Notes: generated by a model from the letters alone, not told the origin. 64,000 nucleotides of DNA from an uncultured Gemmatimonadaceae bacterium (GCA_963740355.1 CAVUDW010000003.1:928001-992000); one strand, 5' to 3'; shown: positions 38,256 through 48,618, counted from the stretch's first letter. Made by a program: numbers and translations.

Positions 38256-39137
38256 ATGCAGCAACGCACTCAACAGCCAGCGACCACACCGGCAGCCCGC
38301 CGCGTGGTGGTGCTCGTACTCGACGGACTCCGAGCGGATCTGGTCGGAGATCCCCGTTTCCCGAACCTCAGCGCGCTTCGCGACGCGAGCGCGCACACGC
38401 TCGACGCCACCACGGTGCTGCCCAGCGTGACCGCTGCGGCGATGACATCGCTGCTGTCCGGCGTGGGGCCGGCCGAGCATGGCGTGGACAATGATCGCTT
38501 TCGAGTGCCAACACCGACGCGCGCGCTGACCACCGTGCCACATGTCGTCACCGAAGCAGGGCTGCCTAGCGTCGGCGTCGTCAGGCACGTCCCGTGGTTC
38601 ATCCGGCCATTGGCCAAGCGGATCGTCAGCGCACTGGGTTTGACGGAGACGCTCTTCGCCAGCGCGAATGCCCATTCGCTGCTCGCGGCCGCGCTACCCG
38701 CGCTCCGACGCCAGCGCGAGGGATTCATCATCCTCCACTGGCCGGACTGTGACGCGATCGGCCATCGCACAGGCTGGATGTCACCGGCGTACCTCGCTGC
38801 CGTCGCGCGCATGGACCACGCACTCGGCAGCCTCCGCGCGGAGTTGAGCGCGACGCGCCATGACACACTGCTCATCGCCCTCGCTGATCATGGCGGCGGC
38901 GGCCGCGTGGCCACGCATCACGACAGCGCGCATCCGCTCGACTGCACGATCCCGATCTTCCTCGAAGGTGCCGGGGTGCACGTGCAGGAGTTGGGGACCG
39001 ATCTGTCGATCCTCGACGTGCCAGCCACGGTGTTGTGGGCGCTCGGCTTGCCGATCCCATCGCGCTACGCGGGCACCCCGATTTTCGACGCCTTCGTTGC
39101 GCCGGCACGTCTCAACAGCACCGCGACGGCCGCATGA
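38256..39137 (+). CDS. Alkaline phosphatase superfamily (NPP/phosphodiesterase-like) protein
   Basis: VLDGLRAD, PSVT (Thr nucleophile), PDCDAIGH, ADHGG, distal His. Confidence 0.85.
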   Translation: MQQRTQQPATTPAARRVVVLVLDGLRADLVGDPRFPNLSALRDASAHTLDATTVLPSVTAAAMTSLLSGVGPAEHGVDNDRFRVPTPTRALTTVPHVVTEAGLPSVGVVRHVPWFIRPLAKRIVSALGLTETLFASANAHSLLAAALPALRRQREGFIILHWPDCDAIGHRTGWMSPAYLAAVARMDHALGSLRAELSATRHDTLLIALADHGGGGRVATHHDSAHPLDCTIPIFLEGAGVHVQELGTDLSILDVPATVLWALGLPIPSRYAGTPIFDAFVAPARLNSTATAA

Positions 39138-40285
39138 CGTCAGTGCTGATTGCATTCTCCGATACCGGAGGGGGACATCGCGCCGCGTCACGAGCGCTGC
39201 GTGAAGCGCTGGCTGAACTTGCGCCGGACGTTGCGGTGCACCTCGTCGATCCATTCTCACTCTGCCCGCGGTGGCCGTTTCGCAGCCTTGGCGACAACTA
39301 CCCCCGCGTGATCGAGCATGCGCCGTGGCTCTGGCGCGCTGGATTCGGGCTCACCAACACTCCGCGTCGAACCGCGTTCGTCCAGGATGTAGCGTGGCCT
39401 GCGATGCGCCCGACGTTCCGCGCCATTGCGACGAACCACGCGCCTGATGTGATCGTCTCTACACACCCGTTGCTCACGGCACCGCTGCGTCGCGTCTTTC
39501 CGGACACGCCGATCGTCGTCGTGGTGACGGATCTCGTCTCGGGGCATGTGTCGTGGTACAACGCCGACGCCGACGTCACGATCGTCCCGACCGCACATGC
39601 CCGTGATCGCGCAGTGGAGTGTGGTGTGCGGCGCGAAACGACTCGCGTCCTCGGCGTTCCTGTCTCGCAGCCGTTCGTGGCGGTTCCCGGGGAACGCACC
39701 GCGCTGCAGTCAGCGCTTGGCTGGGCCACCAACAAGCCCACCATCTTGCTGGCGGGTGGCGCGGAAGGCATTGGACCGCTCGAGCAGCTGAGCGTCGCGA
39801 TCGACCGTGCTCACCTGCCCTGTGACGTCGCCGTCGTCGCGGGTCGCAACATGCGTCTCGCCGAGCAACTGCGCGCGAGGCGCTGGCAGGGCACGGTGCA
39901 CATCTACGACTTCGTCTCGAACTTTGCGGAGTTGATGCGCGCCGCATCAGTGCTGGTGACGAAGGCGGGGCCAGGCACGATCAGCGAAGCCTGCGCCAGC
40001 GGGTGCCCGCTCATCCTGTCCGGTGCGATCCCCGGTCAGGAAACCGGTAACATCGACTTCGTGACGCATGGTCGCGCCGGCGTCTGGGCGCCCTCACCAC
40101 TGGCAGTGACCGCAGCGCTGCACGCCTGGCTGGTAGGTCGCGATGCCCCCGCCGCCCTCCGTCGCGCCTCCGCCGCTGCCCTGCGCCTCGCTCGACCGAA
40201 CGCGGCGAGGGAGATTGCGTCGCTGGTGCTCTGTGCTTCTCGTCCCTCGCTCGCCTCAGCGGACGTACGAACCGTCGCAGCCTGA
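39134..40285 (+). CDS. MGDG synthase/UgtP-like glycosyltransferase (GT28)
   Basis: SDTGGGHRAAS, PDVIVSTHP, VVTDL, GGAEGIG, VTKAGPGTISEA, IPGQETGN. Confidence 0.9.
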   Translation: MTSVLIAFSDTGGGHRAASRALREALAELAPDVAVHLVDPFSLCPRWPFRSLGDNYPRVIEHAPWLWRAGFGLTNTPRRTAFVQDVAWPAMRPTFRAIATNHAPDVIVSTHPLLTAPLRRVFPDTPIVVVVTDLVSGHVSWYNADADVTIVPTAHARDRAVECGVRRETTRVLGVPVSQPFVAVPGERTALQSALGWATNKPTILLAGGAEGIGPLEQLSVAIDRAHLPCDVAVVAGRNMRLAEQLRARRWQGTVHIYDFVSNFAELMRAASVLVTKAGPGTISEACASGCPLILSGAIPGQETGNIDFVTHGRAGVWAPSPLAVTAALHAWLVGRDAPAALRRASAAALRLARPNAAREIASLVLCASRPSLASADVRTVAA

Positions 40286-40332
40286 CGCCTCTCTTCGCGT
40301 TCTCGAGCCGTCGTACTGCATTGACGTTTCGC

Positions 40333-40537
40333 AACTGCAATGGGGGGGGAGGCCACGGAGCTCACGGAGTGCGTCGGTAGCAGCCAATGATGCAGCGCGA
40401 CTATCGGAGACTTGAAGGTGCGCGAACGCCGGAACTCTCCGTGTGCGCGGCACACCAAAATCAACACGTTGCGCTGCGGCGACCGATGCGATCAGAGCAC
40501 TCCGTGAGCTCCGTGGCCTCCCCCTCACATAGCAGTT
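40333..40537. repeat. REPIN-like inverted pair of the GGAGGCCACGGAGCTCACGGAGT repeat
   Basis: Forward core 40348-40372, reverse core 40497-40521; AACTGC.ATG flanks on both arms. Confidence 0.85.
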
Positions 40538-40592
40538 AACGATCGCCGCGTAACAAGGAAGCTCCGCTCAACCCGAGAGCGTGCACTCGATC

Positions 40593-41189
40593 TCACTTCA
40601 TCGACGCGCAGGTCGCGTCGGCGGGATCGGCGGCGCCGTAGGTCCTTCTCGTCAACTGCACGATGCCGTTGGTGCCGCGCAGCATGTAGAACTGGCTGTA
40701 CTGCGAATCACACAACGCTGGTGTGGCGCCGCCACCGAGCGCCTCGACGATCGACGTCACGGTGTTGCTGTGCCCGACGACCAGCACACCGGTGTGGCCG
40801 GCAGTCTGCGAGATCGCACGCACCGTATCGGCGACGTCCTTCACGTGCGCTGCCACGCCTGCTGAACCGATCGGCACGACGTGCACGGCGGCGCCGGTCC
40901 GAGTGATGAACACCGACGCCGTCAATCGGGTGCGCTGCAATTGGCTCACCACCACATCGGTGATCGGCAATCCACGCAACGACGCGTCGAGAGCAGCCGC
41001 GCGCGCCATGCCAGCGTCACTGAGCACCGGATCATTCGCCGGTGCGGGCGCTTTTTCACCATGCCGCACCAGCACGACCAGCAGCGGCGCGCCACCACCC
41101 GGGCGCACCGCGGCACTCGACGTCGCGGTGGATGATCGGGCGCAGGCACCCAGCACCAACAAAAGTCCAAGCGTTCGCAGCACACTCAT
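40593..41189 (-). CDS. Histidine phosphatase (phosphoglycerate mutase family) lipoprotein
   Basis: Lipobox LGAC; VRHGEK, LSDAG, RTRLTA, VLVVGHSNT. Confidence 0.85.
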   Translation of the reverse strand: MSVLRTLGLLLVLGACARSSTATSSAAVRPGGGAPLLVVLVRHGEKAPAPANDPVLSDAGMARAAALDASLRGLPITDVVVSQLQRTRLTASVFITRTGAAVHVVPIGSAGVAAHVKDVADTVRAISQTAGHTGVLVVGHSNTVTSIVEALGGGATPALCDSQYSQFYMLRGTNGIVQLTRRTYGAADPADATCASMK

Positions 41190-41632
41190 GGCAGAATCCT
41201 CGCGCGCCAGTCGGGGGGCCAGAGCTGACACGCATCCACTCGGCCGAAGAGTTGGAACCGCCGCTTGGCAAACGCCTTGTAGGCGGCGTCCCGAATCCAC
41301 CGCGGCACGATCAGACCGGCCATGCCCAGCACGGCCCACACCCCGCCGAGTAGCCGCAACACACTCAGCGCGGCATCGGAGAGGATCTGCACCGAAGCCG
41401 GCCGCTCTGCCGTGGCGGGGAGGTAGAGCACGGTCGAGTCGACGTTCACCAGCATCGACGCAAACGGCGCGAGCGCCCGTTGCGCGGTGGCGCCGGTGAG
41501 CGTGGCCGCGTACAACCGGCCATGCACATCGCGCGACATCGCGAACCGGATGGCGCGATCGCAGAATCCACATTCCCCGTCGAAGAAAAGAATCGGCGCG
41601 GTGCCTTCGACGGACTGCGTCGCGGCGGTCAT
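41186..41632 (-). CDS. DCC1-like thiol-disulfide oxidoreductase
   Basis: LFFDGECGFC, SDAAL, VPRWIRDAAYK.FAKRR..LFG. Confidence 0.88.
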   Translation of the reverse strand: MTAATQSVEGTAPILFFDGECGFCDRAIRFAMSRDVHGRLYAATLTGATAQRALAPFASMLVNVDSTVLYLPATAERPASVQILSDAALSVLRLLGGVWAVLGMAGLIVPRWIRDAAYKAFAKRRFQLFGRVDACQLWPPDWRARILP

Positions 41633-41649
41633 CGGTGATGCGGCCGAAC

Positions 41650-42195
41650 TCACCAACCCATCCGGGTCCGAAGCGACGTGATGTGCGCCACATGGTGGCG
41701 ACCATGCCAGGCATACCGCAGCAGCGACATGTCCACACGCTGCGGGCCGAGCTCAGGGTGTACGAACGGCCGTGCAAACTGGTCGTCGTCCAAGCCGCGC
41801 AGGCAGGCCACCCACCGCGCGTGGATTCCATCCAGCAGTGACAGGCTGACATCGATCGGCACGGCAGCCACGTCGGGAAGCAGCGACCACGCCGCCTCGT
41901 CGTACGGGCGGATGGTGGGGCTCTCCTCGGTCAGCGCGAACTTCACGCGCACATACGCGTGCATGTGGCTGTCGGGCACGTGGTGCACCACCTGCCGCAC
42001 CGTCCAACCACCGTCGCGATACGGCGTCTCGAGCTGCGCCGCCGACAGTCCCTCGACCGCGTGTCGCATCGCCGTCGGCAAGACCGCGATCTCATCGATC
42101 GCGTGGTTGCGCAGCGCTGCGGTGACGATCGCGGGCTCCGTGAATCGGCCCACCGGATATTGCAACGACGTCTCGGTCATCATGTCACTGGTCAT
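41650..42195 (-). CDS. yfiT: YfiT/BstA family (DinB superfamily) thiol transferase
   Basis: LQYPVGRF, PYRDGGWTVRQVVHHVPDSH, YAWHGRHHVAHI. Confidence 0.9.
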   Translation of the reverse strand: MTSDMMTETSLQYPVGRFTEPAIVTAALRNHAIDEIAVLPTAMRHAVEGLSAAQLETPYRDGGWTVRQVVHHVPDSHMHAYVRVKFALTEESPTIRPYDEAAWSLLPDVAAVPIDVSLSLLDGIHARWVACLRGLDDDQFARPFVHPELGPQRVDMSLLRYAWHGRHHVAHITSLRTRMGW

Positions 42196-42736
42196 TGGCC
42201 GCGAGTTGTTCGGCGACTTCTCGAATCTGCGCTGCATGCCGCAGCTCGTGACCGGCTGTGGCGTGCAACCACTCATACACGTTCAGCGGGCCGAGCACCG
42301 GATGGAGGTGTTGCACCGTGGAAAAGGCCAAACCGTCCACTTCCCCGAGCTGGGCCAGCAATCGCAGGCGAGATTCAGTCATGGCCGTCAGGACCGCGGT
42401 CGCTGACAATTCACCGCCCGGCACGACCCTCTCGGGGGCGGGAATGAACTGCGTCCGGTCGGCCAGCACCACGAACCGGGACTCATCGATCGGGACCATC
42501 TCCGGCGCTTCCATCACAGCCTCGCCCGACGCCCGCAACTCCGCGGCCTTGAGCGAGACCAGCTTGTTCACGCCCTTCTCGATGATCATGAGATGCTCGA
42601 GGATTTCGGCCACCGACCAGGCTTCCTCCGTTGGCCGTGCCTCGCGCAGCGGTTCCGGCACGCTCGCGACAGTTGCCAGCAACTCGGCGCGCGACGACAC
42701 CAGGTAGTTGATCACAGTCGCAAGTCGAGGATGCAC
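42185..42736 (-). CDS. DinB family protein
   Basis: WSVAEILEHL, HPVLGPLNVYEW....GHELRHAAQI; GTG start with GGAG RBS. Confidence 0.85.
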   Translation of the reverse strand: MHPRLATVINYLVSSRAELLATVASVPEPLREARPTEEAWSVAEILEHLMIIEKGVNKLVSLKAAELRASGEAVMEAPEMVPIDESRFVVLADRTQFIPAPERVVPGGELSATAVLTAMTESRLRLLAQLGEVDGLAFSTVQHLHPVLGPLNVYEWLHATAGHELRHAAQIREVAEQLAANDQ

Positions 42737-42824
42737 CTGAGCTCCTGCCGGCAATGCCGGGCCGTTCGGTGAAAATGCATCGACCGCGACGCTCGCAGGT
42801 CCACGCCCCGATAAAGTTAGCGTC

Positions 42825-45378
42825 GTGACCGCGACCAACGATCCCACCCTCCCCGCCGGAATCGGCGCGCTCCCCGTACTCGCGGTCCTGCCAGAGGTCA
42901 GAGCCGCCCTCGCCAGCGGCACTGCCGCCGTGCTGGTCGCACCGCCCGGTGCCGGCAAGACGACCGGCATCCCACTCGCGCTACTCGACGCCCCGTGGAT
43001 GCGCGGGCAACGCATGCTGCTATTGGAACCCCGCAGACTGGCCGCACGTGCCGCCGCCAGTCGCATGGCGTCGGTGCTCGGCTCGCGAGTCGGCGAGAGT
43101 CGTGGGGTGGCGTATGCGTGGCGATACGAGGGTCAGTGGTGCCACGCGCATCGAGGTGGTGACCGAGGGCGTCCTGACGCGCATGCTGCTCGATGATCCG
43201 ACGCTCGACGGCATCGCCGGAGTCTGCTTCGACGAGTTCCATGAGCGCTCGATCCACGGCGACACCGGGCTCGCGCTTGCGCTTCACACGCAGGCGCTGC
43301 TGCGCCCTGAACTGCGGCTGCTGGTCATGTCGGCCACCATCGACGGTGCACGCGTCGCCACCCTCCTCGGTGATGTACCAGTGATCACCAGCAGCGGCCG
43401 CGCATTCCCGGTCAACACCACCTTTCGGCCACCCCGCGACGGCCAGCGAATGGAAGAGGCCACGGTCAGTGCTGTGCGCGAGGCTCTCGCCGAGCACGAC
43501 GGCGACGTCCTGGTCTTTCTTCCCGGTGCACGCGAGATCCGGCGGGCTGCCTCGCTGCTCGAAGGCACGGTCGCGGCCAACGTCGATGTCTGGCCGCTGT
43601 TCGGCATGCTCGACGCACGATCGCAGGACGCGGCGATTGCGCCATCGCCGACGGGGAGGCGCAAGGTCGTGATTGCCAGTGCCATAGCCGAAACCTCGCT
43701 CACCATCGAAGGTGTGCGTGTGGTGGTGGACAGCGGATGGTCGCGCATTCCCCGCTACTCGGCGCGTACCGGCATGACGCGCCTCGAAACCGTGCGGGTG
43801 TCGCGGGCCAGCGCTGACCAGCGACGCGGACGTGCCGGGCGAGTCGCCGCGGGACACTGCATTCGATGCTGGCACGAGTTCGACGATGCAGCGCTGCGCG
43901 CACACGGCTCGGCCGAGATTCTGGACGCGGATCTGGCGCCGCTGGCGCTCGACCTGGCTGGTGCCGGCGTCACGCGCGCGGACGAACTGGCATGGCTCGA
44001 CACCCCACCAGCGGCCGCCTTCGCGACAGCTCGCCTCTTGCTGGCGACGCTCGGCGCACTGGACGCAGAGGGTCGCTTGACACCACATGGCGAACGCATG
44101 TCCCGGCTCGGCGTGCATCCACGCATGGCGCACCTGCTGCTGCTGGCGAAGTCGCGAGGCACGTTGGCACTCGCGTGCGATGTCGTCGCCGTGCTCGAGG
44201 AACGCGATCCGATTCGCGCCACCGATGCGCGACTGATCGACCCGGATCTCGGCCTGCGGATCGATGCGCTGCGCCGCGGACGTCGTGCACTGCCGGCCGG
44301 CCTCACGATCGACGACGCCGCCCTCGCCAGGTGTCGCGAGACCGCGCGCGCGCTCCGCGACCGCATGGATGTGCGACACTCCGACGAACACTCTGATGAC
44401 GATGCGCGTGAGCTCGGCGCACTGGTCTCGCTTGCCTATCCCGATCGCATCGCCCGCCGACGCGATGGTGCGGGCGCCAGGTACCTGCTGCGTAGCGGCA
44501 GCGGTGCGTTCATGCGCGATCAGGGATCGGCGCTGGCACGCGAAGAGTGGATCGCCTGCGCCGCGCTCGACGATGCGGGCCGCGACGCCACCGTGCAACT
44601 CGCGGCGCCTATCGACCTCGCCACCGTGCGATCGATGTACGGGGAGCAGATCGTTCGCGTTCGCGAGGTCATCGCCGACCCAACCACAGGCCGTGTGCGT
44701 GGGACGGTCACCGAGTCGCTCGGCGCGATCACGCTGGTGGAACGAACGGCAGAGGATCTGACTGACGCTGAACGCGCCGCCGCGCTGCAGTCGCTGGTTC
44801 GGGAACAGTGGCCCGACGTGATGCCATGGAGCGACAGTGCGACCAGGCTGCGCCAGCGTCTCGCCTTCCTGCATCATCAGGATCCACGGTGGCCGGACGT
44901 GAGCGACGACGCCCTGCTCGAATCGCTCGACGACTGGTTGGCGCCGTCGCTCGGCGGGTGTCGCTCGCTGGACGAATTACGACGCGTCGATCTCGGGTCG
45001 CTGCTGCTCGATCGCGTCGACTGGGCATTACGTGCGACGGTCGACCGCATCGCACCCACGCATGTCACGGTGCCAAGCGGCTCGCGCATCCCGGTCGACT
45101 ATTCCGATCCCGCTGCACCCATCCTCGCGGTTCGGCTGCAGGAGTTGTTTGGCGCGCGAGAAACACCGAGCGTGTTCGATGGCAAGGTGCCGCTCGTGAT
45201 CCACCTGCTATCGCCGGCCCATCGGCCGGTGCAGGTGACGCGCGACCTGCCCGGATTCTGGCGCAGCAGTTATGCCGACGTTCGGAAGGATTTGCGCGGT
45301 CGGTATCCGCGTCACTCGTGGCCCGAGGACCCCACCACGGCGACACCGACGCATCGCGCAAAACCGCGCGGCACGTAG
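42825..45378 (+). pseudogene. hrpB: ATP-dependent helicase HrpB, interrupted by a +1 frameshift at about 43098-43101 (pseudogene or sequence error)
   Basis: APPGAGKTT and EPRRLAARAAA in one frame; VGWRMRGDT, DEFHERS, MSAT, QRRGRAGR and RGRYPRHSWPEDP in the next frame. Confidence 0.85.
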
Positions 45379-45392
45379 CCCTTACATAGCCC

Positions 45393-45836
45393 TTACGTAG
45401 TCGGCGGCGTGTCGGTCCAGCCCGCGGCTCGATGGCTGTTGTCGCAGAACGGCTTGTTCTTCGACTGGCCACAGCGGCAGAGTGCAACGCGCGTGTCGTG
45501 CAGCAGTGGCGCGTCGTTGCCATCGACGATCACCACGTCGCCATGCAGGATGATCGGACCATTGCGCATCAGGCGCAGGCTCAACGCGGCATCGGGCGAA
45601 ACCGTCTCGGCCATCACCCCATCGCGATGCGTGGCGTGCAACGCTCCGGACGGGCATCCCGCCACGATCTCCAAGACCCTGGCCGCGTCACCGTTGTCGG
45701 GTTGCACCCACGGGCGCGCCGCAGTGTTGAACACATCCGGCAGGTGGCGCACACAATGCCCGCTGTGAAAGCACCGGGTCGCATCGTACGTGACGGACAC
45801 CGTGGCACCGTCATAGACGTGCAGCTTGCGACTCAC
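45393..45836 (-). CDS. Divergent 4Fe-4S domain + CDGSH iron-sulfur domain protein
   Basis: CFHSGHC...PW...CPSGAL; LCRCGQSKNKPFCDNSH. Confidence 0.9.
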   Translation of the reverse strand: MSRKLHVYDGATVSVTYDATRCFHSGHCVRHLPDVFNTAARPWVQPDNGDAARVLEIVAGCPSGALHATHRDGVMAETVSPDAALSLRLMRNGPIILHGDVVIVDGNDAPLLHDTRVALCRCGQSKNKPFCDNSHRAAGWTDTPPTT

Positions 45837-46468
45837 TTTCCCGTCAGCAGGAGCTGCGTGCGCACGTAGCGCAGAATCCGCCGCTCGAGCTCTCCCTTCG
45901 TGCTGCAGCTGATGTCGTTGTTGCCGAAGTTCGGTGACCGTCCAAGCGCGGAGACCGTGGTGGTGACGTCCGATGAATTCGGGCTCGCCCCCGCTTCCAC
46001 GACAGTCTCGATCGTCAGCTTGATCTCGTACGATTCGGCCTTCTCGCCATTCAGGTCGCTGCCGCAGTCGACGATGCTCCGCATCTGCAGGCCATTGATC
46101 TGTCGCCGCGCCTTGATCTGGTCGTTGCCGAGCCGAAAGTGCGCGTCATCCTTGACGCTGAGCGGCAGTCCGAGGGATTCGTAGGCGCCCGGCAGCTGCG
46201 ACCAGACGGCCTCGCGTGATGCAGCCAGCGTCGTCTTCTGGCCAGTGCTGCCGACCATCATCGTCATGCTCGACATGCCGGGGGTACCCGCCGTCCCCTG
46301 GCCCGAGACCGTGACCGGCAGCGGCGCAGTCCCAGTGCCGCCGCCAGTGGAACCGCACGCCGCCAGCAGGCAGACACTCGCGACGCCGATTGCCGACGAC
46401 ATTGCCCTGTGCACACCGAGACCAGCAGACGACGACAGGTTCGAGCGCGCGTGCAAGGCCATGTGCAA
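45833..46468 (-). CDS. Hypothetical lipoprotein
   Basis: Lipobox LAAC; overlaps the next gene; start uncertain. Confidence 0.65.
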   Translation of the reverse strand: MHMALHARSNLSSSAGLGVHRAMSSAIGVASVCLLAACGSTGGGTGTAPLPVTVSGQGTAGTPGMSSMTMMVGSTGQKTTLAASREAVWSQLPGAYESLGLPLSVKDDAHFRLGNDQIKARRQINGLQMRSIVDCGSDLNGEKAESYEIKLTIETVVEAGASPNSSDVTTTVSALGRSPNFGNNDISCSTKGELERRILRYVRTQLLLTGK

Positions 46469-46503
46469 GTCCGGAATGAGGAACGGGACAGTGTCGAGCT
46501 GAA

Positions 46504-46923
46504 TCAGGCGGAGGTGGCAACGCGGCGCGATCGCGCGTCGTGTTTACGGCGCAGCGAGCGTTCCCAGGCCAACGCGCCGACGTAGGCCGCTGCCGGCAAC
46601 AGGCACCACGACGCGACGTAGTACCACGACGGTGCCGCGGCCCAGCGAACTGCGCCGACGAACACCGCGATCGCCAGCGCGATGGTCGCCATCAGGAGCG
46701 CCTGGCCGGGCCGATGATCGGTCACCAGGCGGGCCGTGATCCAGCCAGCGAACATCGCGAACACCGCAGTGATCACCAGCATCAGGATCAGCGCCATCGT
46801 GTTCGTCGTGTAGCCAAGCCCATCGAACGCTCCTGGGTAGGCAAGCGGCGGAACGGCGGCAGCACCGTAGAGTCCGAGGCCCATGAACAGCAGACCAAGT
46901 GCGTGAGCGCTCAAGTTGCGCAT
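46504..46923 (-). CDS. Hypothetical membrane protein (about 4 TM)
   Basis: Hydrophobic helices; GGAG RBS upstream. Confidence 0.65.
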   Translation of the reverse strand: MRNLSAHALGLLFMGLGLYGAAAVPPLAYPGAFDGLGYTTNTMALILMLVITAVFAMFAGWITARLVTDHRPGQALLMATIALAIAVFVGAVRWAAAPSWYYVASWCLLPAAAYVGALAWERSLRRKHDARSRRVATSA

Positions 46924-47020
46924 CTGTTTCTCCCGATGAAGCTCATGCGCGAAGCATACCTACCCGGCCCAGCCCGGCAAGATGGCGCGCGGAGGGTGAC
47001 GTCACGCGCTCGCCGCGCGC

Positions 47021-47338
47021 TTACCTCGCGCGAACGAACCAAGCGCGAGGGCCACCGAATGTGACCGTGAGCACATCCGCGTCGCCAAGGGAAATGCCGG
47101 CCTGCACCGGGTTCGTTCCATCCTCGTGCGACGTAAACAGGACACCGTCTTCCACGCGCCACCGAAGGGTGACCTGGAGTACTCCCTCACCCGTCGGGAT
47201 GGCGTAATCGAGGGAATGGTCGGCCCTGAACGTCATGCGGGTGCCCGGCTCGAATTCGAGCGGGGCTTCGTTTCGAAGGAGCTGCCACGTACCAACAATC
47301 CAGTCGGTCGAATGCGCCGGGGTGGTGCGTTCCGTCAT
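47021..47338 (-). CDS. Hypothetical lipocalin-like protein
   Basis: IVGTWQL..MTF.AD...WRVEDGVL; coupled to the upstream stop. Confidence 0.6.
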   Translation of the reverse strand: MTERTTPAHSTDWIVGTWQLLRNEAPLEFEPGTRMTFRADHSLDYAIPTGEGVLQVTLRWRVEDGVLFTSHEDGTNPVQAGISLGDADVLTVTFGGPRAWFVRAR

Positions 47339-48015
47339 TGCCCGCGCAACGGGGCCACGGCCGCCATCCAACGACCACCTTCCACGACATCGGCAGCCAC
47401 CTGCGCCACCTGAGCCGGGTCGAGCGAACTGCGCGCCAGACGCGTTGCCACGCCCACCAGATCGAGCGGCTGCTCGGTCACGAGCAACACCACGTGGGTG
47501 GAGGTGACCGGCCCCCCACCCGAGCTCACACTGCGCGACGACAGCCGGAACTCAGCGCGCGTCGAATCGCCGCCCAGTGAACCTTTGTCGATCGGACGCG
47601 GATCGAATACTGAAAGCTGCAGCGGCGGTGCCGTACGCACGCGACCGGACGCCGGCGGCCCATCCGAACGACGAACCGGAATCAGCTGCGCCAGCATCAT
47701 GGGGCTCGCCAGCCGATCGAGTGGATACCGATGCAATCCCTTCTCGGCGAAGCGACTCTGCAGCTCCCCGCGCCGGAATCGGACGGTGGCACCGCGATCT
47801 GGATCGACGAGGATGACGGTGACGTATCCAGGCGCTTCGAGCATCACACGCAGATCGCGACCGGCCGGTGTGTATTCCACCGCCTCGATGATCGGGATGC
47901 CGACTTCCTCGTAGCCCGTCGCATCATTCTCCTTGATGCGCAGCGGCAAGCGGTAACACGCGGCGAGACCCGCGAGCATCAGGACGGCCATGGCAACGTG
48001 CGACAGGCGACGCAT
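47335..48015 (-). CDS. Hypothetical lipoprotein (possibly DUF4384-like)
   Basis: Lipobox LAAC; GYVTVILVDPD. Confidence 0.6.
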   Translation of the reverse strand: MRRLSHVAMAVLMLAGLAACYRLPLRIKENDATGYEEVGIPIIEAVEYTPAGRDLRVMLEAPGYVTVILVDPDRGATVRFRRGELQSRFAEKGLHRYPLDRLASPMMLAQLIPVRRSDGPPASGRVRTAPPLQLSVFDPRPIDKGSLGGDSTRAEFRLSSRSVSSGGGPVTSTHVVLLVTEQPLDLVGVATRLARSSLDPAQVAQVAADVVEGGRWMAAVAPLRGQ

Positions 48016-48096
48016 GCCTTCACGTTATGGCAGGGACCAAAAAAGCAACACATGTGTCGTTGTGTGTCGGTGTCGATCGGCGCGTGCATGTGGCGG

Positions 48097-48618
48097 CTAC
48101 GGCCGTTCAGTCCGCTCGCCCCGGGCACCCATCGGCATCGCAATCGGCGCCGAGACCTCGCCGTTCGGATCCATCGGCTCATCGTAGGCGCTGTACGCCA
48201 GCTTGCCCAACGCCGAGCGACGCGAGCGCTGCCGACGCCTGTTCCGCGCCACCAGCCCGGCCACCACAGCCACGATGCCACCGATGATGGCCGCCATCAT
48301 CACCGACGTCCCCAGCAGGAGTGGCTCGGCCTCATCCGGCATGCGGAACTCCCCGTCCATGACGTAGGACCCGATCATCCACGACACGCAGTTTGCCGAG
48401 CCCGCCAGCAGCGCTCCCACCACAGCGCCCCAGACCAGCGGCAGCCGCTTCACCGTGTCGTACCCGGCGAACGCGACGAGCGCAAAACTCACCGGCACCC
48501 AGAACAGTCGATTGATGCCGTAGTCCCGCGCCAGCCAGAACGCGATCAGTTCGACCAGCAGCATGACCAGCAGGACGCCGGTGATGCGGGCGGCGAATCG
48601 CACGAACCATGGCATCAT
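48097..48618 (-). CDS. Hypothetical membrane protein
   Basis: Four hydrophobic helices and a basic C-terminal tail. Confidence 0.65.
   Translation of the reverse strand: MMPWFVRFAARITGVLLVMLLVELIAFWLARDYGINRLFWVPVSFALVAFAGYDTVKRLPLVWGAVVGALLAGSANCVSWMIGSYVMDGEFRMPDEAEPLLLGTSVMMAAIIGGIVAVVAGLVARNRRRQRSRRSALGKLAYSAYDEPMDPNGEVSAPIAMPMGARGERTERP

Noticed and set aside
43085..43115. Programmed ribosomal frameshift in hrpB
   Set aside because: No slippery heptamer, shifty stop or known precedent recognised.
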